Shown in pieces: positions 19,210 through 29,577 of a DNA stretch of 57,269 nucleotides. Both the position numbers and the translations under genes were made by a program. The notes under the pieces are model-generated. The model had not been told where the DNA came from, did no database searches, and saw only the letters and a list, made by a program, of their open reading frames with translations. Source of the DNA: a virus (Duplodnaviria > Caudoviricetes); the IMG/VR virus record IMGVR_UViG_3300025120_000060, positions 1-57,269 of that record; one strand, given 5' to 3'. Within the stretch, counting starts at the first letter, position 1. Each line of letters begins with the position of its first letter.

Positions 19210-21915
19210 ATGTCAAATGTACTTAATAGACAAATGTTTGTTAAAGGTTACCGGGGAGGGTCTTCGGTAAGAGGCGAACCTCGTGGTGCTCGTCCGGAAA
19301 GTGTCTACGACTCAGGTCTTTTTAAACCCATTTTAGGTTTTGACTTTTTAAGCGGCATAGCCAAAGGTATTGAAACTTCTAAAAGAGAGAAAGAGACAGG
19401 CACAAGTGCTTATTTTACAAAAGGAATTGTAGATAATCTTAAAGAAACTTTTAGAGCTACTCCTGATTACTATGGAGATATGTTTAATTACATATTAGCT
19501 CCTGTCGAAGATTTAAATAGAGGTTTAGTTCAAGAACTAGGAACTGCTGTTTTTGGTTTAGATAGAGGATCAATTAATACAGGCGAGGGTTCTGGCTTTA
19601 GAGCTAAAACGGAAAGAAATCCATATGGTTTTCCCGATCAACTGAACCAAAACCCAATGACTTACTTTAGTGAGAACTTTCCAGTAGGATCAAAGAAAAG
19701 ATTAAACTTTTTAATAGACGCAGTTAGACAACCTAACTTTGCATTTGATTTAGCAAAGATTGGTGTTGGAGCAAGTGAGATAAGACAAGCTGAAAAAGCC
19801 TTGGTTGAAGGATTTAGACAAGGTAGAGAAAGAGGGTTAAAAGATGACCAGGCAGCAGGTGTCTATGACTTTCCTCAAGATGAAGAATTAGTTCAACAAG
19901 CAGAGGCCATAGGTGGTCCTATTGCGCCTTTCAAAGATGTTAAAACTGGCGACCTGTCTTTAATGGAAGACTTAGCTAAGGAAGGTCCTTTCCCTCAACC
20001 ACAAACAGATTTAACAAGAGGTGGTGAGAGTCCAATTAAAATAGACAAAAGAGCAAAAGATTTAATTAATTTATTAGGTGGCGGGGAAGAGAAGCCTAAC
20101 GATGACATAGTAAATGAGAAAAAAGATGAAGTTATAAATGAAAGCAGTGGTGGTGAAGAAGGCTTTGCTAACAAAGATGCAGCTCAAAACGATCTTGCAA
20201 ATAGAGAAGCAGGTACTTTTGATTTTGAAAGAGAAACTGAACGTTTTAAAGGTTTACTTAGAGATGCTACTGAAACAAAAGACTCAACCACTCCTGCTCT
20301 TCTTTTATTACAACTAGCTTCTAACTTAGTATCAGGTAAGACTAATGAAAAAGGTGTTGCAGGTTTCTTAGATGTATTAGGTCAGGCTAGTGGTCCTGTT
20401 CTTGATGGTGCTATCAAACTTGCTCAAGAAAGAAAAGCATATGATAGAGAACTTGGTGCAAGTGCCGTATCTATGGCTTTTCAAAAAGAACAAGACATGT
20501 TAGATAGAGCAGCGTCAATCGCTGCGGATTCAGCAAAGCTTAATCAACCTTTTGACAAAGCAATGTTTTTAAGAGGAGTTGAGTATGCACCCGACGGAAG
20601 TTTTCTTAGATTTACAAGTGCAGTCACTCAAGTAAATAGTCCACTAGAAGCAGAGCAACTCAATCCTATAACAGATATAACAACATCTGATGGAACAGTT
20701 ATTAGAAATCGTAATTTCGTTCTTGTCGATAGTAGAGAAGATGCTACCTATTACAAAGGTCTTCGTGATCCAACTTCCTTCTTTAAAGAGGGCAATGAAA
20801 GAATGAATCAATTGTTGGGTTCCATAAACTTTGTTACTGCTATTGCAGGAGAAGATTTAGTTAACGAACGTGGTGAAGCAATTGTTGGTCCGAAAGCATT
20901 GTTAAGTTTATTTCTTGGTAAAACCGCCGATATTGCAGGTGCTTTAACAAATAATGTAGACACCGCACAGCTATATAACGCGAAGGAAGCTCAAGACATA
21001 GAATTGGCTTTTTCAGAAATTGAAAATTTTGATACAGGTTTAACAGGAGACGCTGACAAAGAATTAAAAGCAAGAATGAGACAAAACTTAATCCTTAAAA
21101 CACAAGGAATAGATTACAATCAACAGTTTGTAGATCTTTTAAATGAAGAAATTTATCAAAACAAAGCTTTTGGTGACTTTACTATAAACGACATATTACA
21201 GAATCCTGATGCTGTTGATGAATTTATGAAAGCAAAAGGATACAACGAAAACAGTACGATACCTGTTGCAAATGAAATGGGTGAAACTACTTTAATGGCG
21301 ATCGGTGATGTTAAACAAGACGCTCAAGATACTTTTAATTTTCTTGTAGATACAGCTGCAGAAGAAGGAATTCAGTTTATAGATGGTAAGTTTATAAGAC
21401 CTGAAGCTACTTCTAAAGAAAGATACAACTTTAGTTTTGCAGGCAAGCAATTAAGTATTGATCCTAAAGTATTTCAATTAGGCTTAAAGGGTAAGATTTT
21501 AGGTATTCAGTTTGCACGTTTTCAACAACCTCAACAAAGATTATTAAAAGACACAATTGAATCTTCTATAGGTGAGTTTAAAATGGATAGTGTTACTCAA
21601 GGTCCTATAGAGTTAAGTAATAAGCTTGGAGGTTTTAAAGAGTCAATGATAAAAAGATACGACACGCTTGTTCAACAGAACTTTCAAACAGAAGAGCCGG
21701 GTATTTATGACCTTTACAAATGGCAACCAAACAAAGTTTCAGTTTTTCAAATGCCTACATCATCAACTCAAGGCAATTATGTTAAACCTACAGAACAAGT
21801 GCCGATAGAAAAACTTAATCAAAACGCTTTACAATCAACTGGTCAGAACAATACTCAAAAATCAGATTATTTTAACTTAAAAGGTATATTAGAAGAATAT
21901 GGAATGACATTATAA
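19210..21915 (+). CDS. Large internal virion / ejection protein
   Basis: 901 aa; N-terminal VLNRQMF...GG; position in the ejection cluster. Confidence 0.6.
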   Translation: MSNVLNRQMFVKGYRGGSSVRGEPRGARPESVYDSGLFKPILGFDFLSGIAKGIETSKREKETGTSAYFTKGIVDNLKETFRATPDYYGDMFNYILAPVEDLNRGLVQELGTAVFGLDRGSINTGEGSGFRAKTERNPYGFPDQLNQNPMTYFSENFPVGSKKRLNFLIDAVRQPNFAFDLAKIGVGASEIRQAEKALVEGFRQGRERGLKDDQAAGVYDFPQDEELVQQAEAIGGPIAPFKDVKTGDLSLMEDLAKEGPFPQPQTDLTRGGESPIKIDKRAKDLINLLGGGEEKPNDDIVNEKKDEVINESSGGEEGFANKDAAQNDLANREAGTFDFERETERFKGLLRDATETKDSTTPALLLLQLASNLVSGKTNEKGVAGFLDVLGQASGPVLDGAIKLAQERKAYDRELGASAVSMAFQKEQDMLDRAASIAADSAKLNQPFDKAMFLRGVEYAPDGSFLRFTSAVTQVNSPLEAEQLNPITDITTSDGTVIRNRNFVLVDSREDATYYKGLRDPTSFFKEGNERMNQLLGSINFVTAIAGEDLVNERGEAIVGPKALLSLFLGKTADIAGALTNNVDTAQLYNAKEAQDIELAFSEIENFDTGLTGDADKELKARMRQNLILKTQGIDYNQQFVDLLNEEIYQNKAFGDFTINDILQNPDAVDEFMKAKGYNENSTIPVANEMGETTLMAIGDVKQDAQDTFNFLVDTAAEEGIQFIDGKFIRPEATSKERYNFSFAGKQLSIDPKVFQLGLKGKILGIQFARFQQPQQRLLKDTIESSIGEFKMDSVTQGPIELSNKLGGFKESMIKRYDTLVQQNFQTEEPGIYDLYKWQPNKVSVFQMPTSSTQGNYVKPTEQVPIEKLNQNALQSTGQNNTQKSDYFNLKGILEEYGMTL

Positions 21916-24726
21916 ATGAAAAATTATTTAACACTTGATGATCTTTACTTAGCTAGACTTCAGTTTCAACAAAGCACTGACAATCCTGAAGTAATGGATG
22001 GAATTACTTTACAAGATGTAAAAGAATTTGCTGAGGGAGATTTAGTCGAGGGAGAAGACGATAAGACTTTAGAACCAGGGGCAGAGCTACCTACAGTATT
22101 AGGTTTTAAACAAGCTGCATCAAAGTATGAGACAGCAGGTAAATTTGCTTCAGCTAAAATTCCTTTAGAAGGAATGAAAAAAATAATTTCACAAGTTTCA
22201 ACAGTAGGAATGCAAAAAGGATTACCTGAACAAGAAATAATTAAAAACATTGAGTATTTTATGAATCAATACGGATACACAGATAGAATGATGCATCCTG
22301 AAACATATGATTTGAATGAGCTTGATGACAAGTTTCAATATTTTACAGACAGACCTAATCCATTACCTGGCTTAAAACTATTAACAAGTCTTTCCTCATC
22401 TTTGGGAGGAACAGTAGCGGGAGCTAAGCTAGGAGCTAACATTGGTAAATTTTTTGGTTTACCTGGAGCAGCCGTAGGCGCTGTATTGGGTGGAACCGCA
22501 GCTTATATATCTTCTTTAGCAGGCTACGAAGGTTTGATGACTCATCTAAATTCAAAAGGAGTTTTATACAGTCCTACTTTTGATGAGTACGGAGAAATGA
22601 TTGGTTATGAAACAGGTATCAATAGACCAACTCGAGATCAGTTAGTTGATTATTTAAAAAAAGAAACACAGTTTGACTTAATGTTAGGTGGTGGTTTAAC
22701 AGCAGTTAGACCAGTCATGAGCTTATTCAAAGCAGGTGGAACAAGATTACTTTCTCCTAATCCAACTGTTTATAATAGATTAAAAAACATAGGAGTAGAA
22801 CCAGGCAGAGCAGAGGTTTCAAATATTCCTATTGTAAGTTCTTTACCTAACGTTTTAGGTAGAGTTCCTTTCTTTGGTCCTGAGTTTGAAAAAGCCTATG
22901 CTAAAAACGTAGGTGGTTTTATTAAAAAAGGTGAAGGCACGGTTCCTGGATTTAAACAACTCGTTGACGCTGCAAAAGGAGGACCTTCTAGCGTAATGGC
23001 TAAAATGGGATACAACGTTCGAGAAGCTTTTTTATCTGGTGATAAAAAAATGATGAGTGATATTTTAGACAAGTACAGACTTCGCGACGAGTCTGGAAGA
23101 CTTCTCAACAAAGCTTTTGACATTGAAAGTTTAAGAACCTACTCAAAAGAAATGTTAGACAGGCTAGGTGCCGGAACTGACTTTGGTAAGGCATCAGGAG
23201 ATCTTAAAATGGTTTCTGATATATTTAAAGAAATAGTTGAACCAAAAAATGTAAACAATGTTGGTCGTTTTGTGGACTATGACAGAATTAAATACACTAG
23301 AGATGTAATAGCAACTACTCTTGGAGAGTTATCTGAGAGAGGCACAAGCAGAGTGGGTAAGGCATCCGTTGATGATTTAATGGGAGCTCAAGACTTTCTT
23401 GAAAGAATTTTAGGTAACCCTATCAAACCTGCAAACGTTACTGACGAAGCTTTTGACAAATTAAAAAAAGCATACTTAGATAATTTAAACGTAGCCGATA
23501 AAGAGTATGCTCAGTATGCGATACTCATGGGAGATCAAAAGAAAAACTTTAAAGGAGCAGGTAATTTTTATTTTCAAGATAAAGTTTTAATGGGTGGTAG
23601 TTTTTTAGATACTTTATTTGACAAAGCTTTTACCTTATCTAACCCACAGGGTGTTAGAACAATTCATAAGATTTTTAAAAATGCAAAAGTAGAAGACTTA
23701 AGAGCGGCCGGTATTCAAGGAACAGGTGAAGATGCTTTTAAAGAAGCTATGACTTTTAAATTAGGAAGAGCTTTTCAAGAAGCTTTTACAACAACAAATA
23801 AGGGTAGTGCAGGACTTGCAGATGACCTGGGCAAGATGACCTTCGATGTTCAAAAATATAAAATGAATTTAGGACTAGATCAATTTGGCAGGTTAGATGA
23901 TGGAGGCTTACGTGGTCTTAGTGAAGGTTTAAACTTAGCTAAATTAAAAGACGCTGATGGAAAAGCATTAACAGTGGATACCTTAAGAGAGTTTGCGGAT
24001 GCTTCTGCTATTTTCTTTAATAATAAAAACTTTAACCTTTCTACCTTCTTGGCCAGAAGAGCTCAGATCGGTGGTGTACGTTCTTTCTTAAGAGGTATAA
24101 CTGGTGCAGGTTTAGTGGGTGCTTCTACTTTAACAGTAGGTCCTATAGGAACTATTGCTGCTGTTTTATTATCTAAGTATTCTGCTCGTCTCATGGCTCA
24201 ACCTTTTGTTTTAAGACCTATGACAGAGGCTATGAAAGATTTATCAACTGGTAAGTATTTAAAGAACCCAAGTAGTTTAGTCAGCTTAGGAAGAGCATTA
24301 GAAAGATTCTTTGACAACGATCAAGCTTTAGAAGATTCATTAGAGAATGATTTCACTAAACTTGGTTTAATAGAGTCTGCTGAGGATTCATATAGTCGAT
24401 TTGGTGGATTAAAAGAGGTAACTATGGCAAACAATCTTAACACATCAAAGTTCATAGATAGTGTAAAGCAGAAACTTATACCTGATACAAGGCAAGACGA
24501 AGCTGTACGACCAGAAACTGTTATCTCAACTTCAGACGCAGCTCAACAACCAGAAACCGCGGTCAAGGTTCCTGATGCCAATCAGGTAAGTAGACCGTCA
24601 AGCGTTCCAAACATTAACGAAGTTATCAATCAGCCTTTAACTACCGGAACACCTGATGTACAAACGGCAGAGGCTTTATTCCCACAAGATGGATTACTAC
24701 AGGCATCTTTAAGGAGAAGAGTATAA
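21916..24726 (+). CDS. Large internal virion / ejection protein
   Basis: 936 aa; Gly/Ala TM-like segments; ends ALFPQD. Confidence 0.6.
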   Translation: MKNYLTLDDLYLARLQFQQSTDNPEVMDGITLQDVKEFAEGDLVEGEDDKTLEPGAELPTVLGFKQAASKYETAGKFASAKIPLEGMKKIISQVSTVGMQKGLPEQEIIKNIEYFMNQYGYTDRMMHPETYDLNELDDKFQYFTDRPNPLPGLKLLTSLSSSLGGTVAGAKLGANIGKFFGLPGAAVGAVLGGTAAYISSLAGYEGLMTHLNSKGVLYSPTFDEYGEMIGYETGINRPTRDQLVDYLKKETQFDLMLGGGLTAVRPVMSLFKAGGTRLLSPNPTVYNRLKNIGVEPGRAEVSNIPIVSSLPNVLGRVPFFGPEFEKAYAKNVGGFIKKGEGTVPGFKQLVDAAKGGPSSVMAKMGYNVREAFLSGDKKMMSDILDKYRLRDESGRLLNKAFDIESLRTYSKEMLDRLGAGTDFGKASGDLKMVSDIFKEIVEPKNVNNVGRFVDYDRIKYTRDVIATTLGELSERGTSRVGKASVDDLMGAQDFLERILGNPIKPANVTDEAFDKLKKAYLDNLNVADKEYAQYAILMGDQKKNFKGAGNFYFQDKVLMGGSFLDTLFDKAFTLSNPQGVRTIHKIFKNAKVEDLRAAGIQGTGEDAFKEAMTFKLGRAFQEAFTTTNKGSAGLADDLGKMTFDVQKYKMNLGLDQFGRLDDGGLRGLSEGLNLAKLKDADGKALTVDTLREFADASAIFFNNKNFNLSTFLARRAQIGGVRSFLRGITGAGLVGASTLTVGPIGTIAAVLLSKYSARLMAQPFVLRPMTEAMKDLSTGKYLKNPSSLVSLGRALERFFDNDQALEDSLENDFTKLGLIESAEDSYSRFGGLKEVTMANNLNTSKFIDSVKQKLIPDTRQDEAVRPETVISTSDAAQQPETAVKVPDANQVSRPSSVPNINEVINQPLTTGTPDVQTAEALFPQDGLLQASLRRRV

Positions 24727-25544
24727 TGTCAAGATTCGACTCAGGTATGGCTCTTTCTCCAGGCACAACTGCTAAGGGAAAATTTAGAGTAAACCCTGTA
24801 GTTCAAGCACAAGCAGATGCTATCGAAAAAGAATATGGAAGACCTGCTAATTTAAAAGATTATTTTGAAAAAACTAGGGTGTACAACCAAGGTAGGAGAT
24901 TGGGTGGAACTGAAGCAACAGATGCCTCCGGTATCACTAGATTAAATACTGTTAATTTAGGTCTTAAAGATCCTAATACAGGAGGAACCATACTATCTTT
25001 AACTAAACCTCAAGTAAATGCTATTGGACCACGAAACTTTGGAGAGTTTGCGGGTGACTTTACTAGAGCAGCAGGCGATACGTTGGGTAAAGTTGGTGAA
25101 AGAGTACTGAGTGGTGGAGTCACTGCTGATCTACTGAACTTTGTAAAAGAAAAGTATGAAGGTGGCAAACAAAAGGTAGATAGATTTTTAAACCCTCCAG
25201 GTGAACAGTTAAATCAAAACTTAGAAGGTATATTGGAAGGTGCAGGGGCTTCTAACAATCCTTTGTTCAGAAATATGTCTTTCGATCCCATAAAAGTTAG
25301 CGACATGGATACTTCAAACATGTTAGCAGACAACACAGGTGTTCAAGCTATATATGATAGGATTGAACAACTTAAAAATTTAGGAACAAGTTATGGATTA
25401 GATAATTTTGACATCAATCCTTTCAACCTTAACCAAGGAATAGGATACAATAATAGCTTTATGTTTAACGATACTCCCATTGATTATAATTTAAGAGCCA
25501 CTCCTTCAGGAGATTTTAATTTTGGCTTAGGCTTTCAGTATTAG
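24726..25544 (+). CDS. Hypothetical (probably virion) protein
   Basis: Coupled ORF; aromatic-ended beta-type C-terminus FNFGLGFQY. Confidence 0.6.
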   Translation: MSRFDSGMALSPGTTAKGKFRVNPVVQAQADAIEKEYGRPANLKDYFEKTRVYNQGRRLGGTEATDASGITRLNTVNLGLKDPNTGGTILSLTKPQVNAIGPRNFGEFAGDFTRAAGDTLGKVGERVLSGGVTADLLNFVKEKYEGGKQKVDRFLNPPGEQLNQNLEGILEGAGASNNPLFRNMSFDPIKVSDMDTSNMLADNTGVQAIYDRIEQLKNLGTSYGLDNFDINPFNLNQGIGYNNSFMFNDTPIDYNLRATPSGDFNFGLGFQY

Positions 25545-25689
25545 TATGTTATTGAAAATTAAAACGTTATTTAGTAAAATACTTTTTTTTAAAAGAAAGG
25601 AAGTAGATGAACATGAAAGACATTGGGGAATCGGTAGTTGAAATCTGCCCTGTTTGTGAACTCGATGTTGAGGATTGTGATTGTTTGGA

Positions 25690-26139
25690 ATGATAAAAAT
25701 AACTGATGAGCTGAAAGCTCGAGTGCAGGACCATGAAGGCCTAAGGACTTCTGTATACTTGGACAGCTTAGGCAAAAAAACTGTGGGTATAGGCCACCTT
25801 GTGCAGGCACATGAACTTGAAAAGTTTGCTGAAGGAGTAGAGATACCTTTAGAAGACATCATGGAAATATTTGAAATGGATTTAAACAGAGCTGCAGCAG
25901 GAGCCGACATGTTAATAGAAGATAAGATTGGTCACGATGTACCGCAACACATAGGTGAGGTAATTTTGGAAATGGTTTTTCAGTTGGGAACCACAGGCGT
26001 TGGAAAGTTTCTCAAGTTTTTTAAAGCTTTAAGAGTTAAAGATTATAAGACAGCCGCAGCTGAAATGCAGGATTCTAGGTGGCATTCACAGACACCAAGG
26101 CGCTGTGAACATCTTGCCGAAATTGTAGCTAAGACCTAG
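25690..26139 (+). CDS. Lysozyme / endolysin, GH24 T4-like
   Basis: HEG...YLDSLG..TVGIGH catalytic motif; MVFQLG; DSRW..QTPRR. Confidence 0.92.
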   Translation: MIKITDELKARVQDHEGLRTSVYLDSLGKKTVGIGHLVQAHELEKFAEGVEIPLEDIMEIFEMDLNRAAAGADMLIEDKIGHDVPQHIGEVILEMVFQLGTTGVGKFLKFFKALRVKDYKTAAAEMQDSRWHSQTPRRCEHLAEIVAKT

Positions 26140-26341
26140 CGTGTTCTTCTAAGGCTTCCCAGACTTCAACTTTAGACCAGTGTTGCATGACGGCTTTATT
26201 AATGTCTTCGTGCAACACTTTTAAATTACCTAAATCTAATCGTATAGGTGTTCCATTATTTTCTGAAACGTTTTTAACTTCTGCTTTGGTTAGACTTAGA
26301 TATAAATCACCGTCTTGATAGACTATCCTCATACTCCGCAC
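26129..26341 (-). CDS. Hypothetical protein
   Basis: ORF coupled downstream of the PAPS-reductase-like gene. Confidence 0.65.
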   Translation of the reverse strand: MRSMRIVYQDGDLYLSLTKAEVKNVSENNGTPIRLDLGNLKVLHEDINKAVMQHWSKVEVWEALEEHARS

Positions 26342-27186
26342 ATCCCATCACAATCATTGATTGCAACACCACCTAGTTCATCAAACATGGACATCTGACC
26401 ATTGTCTTTTGCTTTTTCATCAATATCAATTTCGCTCAGCGGTTTACCTTCTTTAGTAACAAAGACCGTGTAGCCTTCTCTCATACCTTTGAAGCCACCA
26501 TTAATTTTCTTTTCAAACTCAATAACATGTTGAAATTCCTCTGGTGAATTATCTTTTAAATTTTTCCATTCTTTCCAGGTTTTATAAGGACAGAAAGTAC
26601 ATGCTGATCTTGGAGGCTTTGGCATAGCATGATCTTCAAACCATTTCTTGCACATGGCTCTAGTAATATTTCTCTCTACCAAAGGATACATGTTTTTGAT
26701 CCAAGGCTTTCTAGCTTCTTTTACACGATAAGTTTCATCACGAGATATACCCATGATCATTTCTACAACAGTTCCTTTTTTAACACGTTGTCCTTTTTGA
26801 TAACCCATATATTGTCTACAAAACTTGTGAATAGGTTCGATCTTGTAGTGCCCGGTACACTGACGGGTTAAGATACCCATGCTGTGTTTCTTTGGGTCTT
26901 TAGTAAAAAAAGGTGGGGTTCTTGAAGTATGCAAACCTTCTGCTGCTTCAATGGAATCTCGTTCTATGTCTCCTGCACTAATAACATGAATAGGATAATT
27001 TTTAATCTTAGTCTTCATCCATTCAAACCATTCGTAAACTTCTTTGGGTTCTGCCATTGTATCTGCAAAAACAGCGAAGTCAGGCATAGGGCCTATCTCA
27101 CCATACTCGTACATAAATGCTAAAGTGCTAGACTGCACTCCTGCGCCTAAAGATAATACTCTAGGACCTTTAATTAAATCAGCCAT
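26329..27186 (-). CDS. PAPS-reductase-like (PP-loop) protein with Cys clusters
   Basis: LSLGAGVQS, FADT..EP, RQCT..YK, SACTFCPY, CDGMC. Confidence 0.8.
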   Translation of the reverse strand: MADLIKGPRVLSLGAGVQSSTLAFMYEYGEIGPMPDFAVFADTMAEPKEVYEWFEWMKTKIKNYPIHVISAGDIERDSIEAAEGLHTSRTPPFFTKDPKKHSMGILTRQCTGHYKIEPIHKFCRQYMGYQKGQRVKKGTVVEMIMGISRDETYRVKEARKPWIKNMYPLVERNITRAMCKKWFEDHAMPKPPRSACTFCPYKTWKEWKNLKDNSPEEFQHVIEFEKKINGGFKGMREGYTVFVTKEGKPLSEIDIDEKAKDNGQMSMFDELGGVAINDCDGMCGV

Positions 27187-28616
27187 TGTTTTAACTCCTC
27201 TCCCATGACTTGCGTCGCTATGTTAATCTTATTTCTTAAACTTTGTACAATCTTTTCATCCACAGTGCCTTCGGTTACTAGGTCAACATAAGTGACCTTT
27301 GATGTTTGTCCTATGCGGTGCACCCTATCCTCAGATTGTAATCGGACTTCTAAGTCATAAGAGTTACTATAATATATCACAGTGTGACTTCTAGTTAAAG
27401 TCAAACCATAACCGCCTGTTTTAGGATTACCTACGAAATATCTTAACTCTTCTTCGTTTTGAAACCTATCTACAATGCTTTGTCTCTCTTCACTGTGAGT
27501 GTCTCCATAAAAAGTAGCAACGGAACCTGGACCATGAACCTTGGCAATTTCTTTTGCAATCGTTTGTATGTCGTGTCTATAGTTTGCCCAGATAAGAACT
27601 TTGCCGGATGTTTCACCAAGTATGTTCATGAGTTCTTTTATCCTGTTGTTTTCAACTTCCTTTACTTCACCGTTGTCAAGCTTTACGTGTCCACATACTA
27701 TTTGATGTAGTCTTAAAATTTGTGTTAGAGCTGACAGTGCAGTTAATCTCTCTCCTTCAATGTTGGCGATAGCCATCCTCTTCATAGAAACATAAGCTTC
27801 CATTTGTTTTGGAGTCATTGATACATGACGCACTTGATATATCTTTTCAGGTAGATCAAGACAATCATCTTTAAGCACGCGGTAGCTAAAATGTTCAATC
27901 TTTTCTGCAAGCTCTTCGAGTCTTTGATACCTTACAATCATGTTAAAGTTATGAGTAGGCATGTTTCTTCTAACCATTACACAGTATCTGTTTTTAAAAG
28001 CCCAGAAAGAACTAAAGCCCAATAAATCTTCGTCCAAAAAAGCACACTGAGAATAAAGATCTATAGGTGATCGAGTAACAGGAGAACCTGTCATGATTCT
28101 TTTGTACTTAATCAGAGGTGACATCTTTAAAATATTTTTAGTTCGAGCAGCTGTAGGGTTTTTTATAGTTGTGCTTTCATCAATGGCCACCATACATCTG
28201 TGAGAAAGAAAAAACTTCTTAGCGAAGTCAACTCCCTTTTTTGTACTGAACGCTTCTATGTTCATAAGAAAAATTTTAAACTTATCGTTAGGTAAAAAAA
28301 TCTTATCTAATTTTTTTCTATCTTCTGCTTTGTTATCAGAGCCCCATATAAAAATGTCAGGCACAATGTGTTCCGGTAAATGATTATTAAGTTCTCTTAT
28401 CCAGTTTTTGTAAACTGTTTTAGGAGCTATAACACATAGGCTTTCAATATGTCCATTGTCATAAAGATAGCTAGAGTTATAAATAGCTACAAGAGTTTTA
28501 CCTGTACCCATTTCCATAAACCAGGCAAAATTATCTTTTTCTAAAGCTGCACCTAATGCAGCTAGCTGATGAGCAAAAGGCTCAGTCTTAAACGGATAGT
28601 CCTGTATTTTATTCAT
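27174..28616 (-). CDS. SNF2-family helicase
   Basis: MEMGTGKT, DEST, MTGSP, GGYGLTLT, QSEDRVHRIGQ. Confidence 0.93.
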   Translation of the reverse strand: MNKIQDYPFKTEPFAHQLAALGAALEKDNFAWFMEMGTGKTLVAIYNSSYLYDNGHIESLCVIAPKTVYKNWIRELNNHLPEHIVPDIFIWGSDNKAEDRKKLDKIFLPNDKFKIFLMNIEAFSTKKGVDFAKKFFLSHRCMVAIDESTTIKNPTAARTKNILKMSPLIKYKRIMTGSPVTRSPIDLYSQCAFLDEDLLGFSSFWAFKNRYCVMVRRNMPTHNFNMIVRYQRLEELAEKIEHFSYRVLKDDCLDLPEKIYQVRHVSMTPKQMEAYVSMKRMAIANIEGERLTALSALTQILRLHQIVCGHVKLDNGEVKEVENNRIKELMNILGETSGKVLIWANYRHDIQTIAKEIAKVHGPGSVATFYGDTHSEERQSIVDRFQNEEELRYFVGNPKTGGYGLTLTRSHTVIYYSNSYDLEVRLQSEDRVHRIGQTSKVTYVDLVTEGTVDEKIVQSLRNKINIATQVMGEELKQWLI

Positions 28617-28619
28617 TCT

Positions 28620-28692
28620 TTCTAATTATAAATATAGTGCTTGTAATTGGGATTGCAACTACTATATAATACGCAACGAGAAAGAAGGAAAT
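28620..28692. promoter_or_regulatory. Divergent sigma70-like promoters between the helicase and the replication operon
   Basis: TTGTAA 28641...TATAAT 28665 on +; TTGCAA...TATATT on -; TTGGGAT box between. Confidence 0.55.
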
Positions 28693-29010
28693 ATGAGCAT
28701 AGTATATATTGTACAAGAAATGCCTGGTAGGGACATCTTATCTGCCGATAAGTATGGTAAGTTAGTTCCAGTCATGCCCCCTGGTTTTCAGGTAGTTTTA
28801 TCACCTGGACCTGCAGTTGCCAAAATTAAGAAGGTAATCAAAGAGTATACTGACGATGATTACATTCTTTGTCTTGGTGATCCTTCACTCATAGGCATAG
28901 TGTGTGCGCATTGCTCAGATATTAACAGGGGTAGATTTAATCTATTGAAGTGGGATAAAAGACATCAAAAGTATTATCCAATTGAAGTAGATATGAATAG
29001 GAGAACGTAA
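28693..29010 (+). CDS. Conserved hypothetical protein of the replication module
   Basis: VYIVQE, DYIL.LGDP, LLKWD. Confidence 0.75.
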   Translation: MSIVYIVQEMPGRDILSADKYGKLVPVMPPGFQVVLSPGPAVAKIKKVIKEYTDDDYILCLGDPSLIGIVCAHCSDINRGRFNLLKWDKRHQKYYPIEVDMNRRT

Positions 29011-29576
29011 TGAACAACGCATCAGTGCTGAGTTCTTTAGAACAATCATCTAAAGATCTTAGTAAGTTAGATGATGGATCTTTGTCCTCTTTGGGGTCAA
29101 AATGTCAAGATATCGAATCAACTATGGCTGAAATTAGTAATATTGAGTTACATAAAAAAGACTTAAATATTAAACTTCAGAAGTTGTACGACGAGACAGC
29201 TGATCTTTTAAGATCAAAGAATCTAACATCGTTAACACTCGCGAATGGATCAAAAGTGACTGCATCCGAAAGAGTAGTGGCGCACATCAAGAAGGACTTA
29301 CAAGAGTCTGCCTTTGAGGTGTTACGCGAAAAAGGATTTGGTGACTTAATCAAACGTGAAGTAAAAGCAAGCTTCGCTAAAGGCGAAGACTCTCAAGCGC
29401 AACAATTCATTCATGCGATCGAAGAGCAAGGATTACAGCCTGTGGACAATGCCTCAGTACATCCAAGCACTCTTAAAGCTTTCTTTAAAGAGCAGCTAGA
29501 TAAAGGCAACCCGACTGAAATACCTTTAGATCTTTTCGGGGTACATGTTTTGAACGAAATAAAGATAAGGAGATAA
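29010..29576 (+). CDS. Hypothetical replication-module protein
   Basis: GFGDLIK, VHPSTLKAF motifs. Confidence 0.75.
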   Translation: MNNASVLSSLEQSSKDLSKLDDGSLSSLGSKCQDIESTMAEISNIELHKKDLNIKLQKLYDETADLLRSKNLTSLTLANGSKVTASERVVAHIKKDLQESAFEVLREKGFGDLIKREVKASFAKGEDSQAQQFIHAIEEQGLQPVDNASVHPSTLKAFFKEQLDKGNPTEIPLDLFGVHVLNEIKIRR

Positions 29577-29577
29577 C

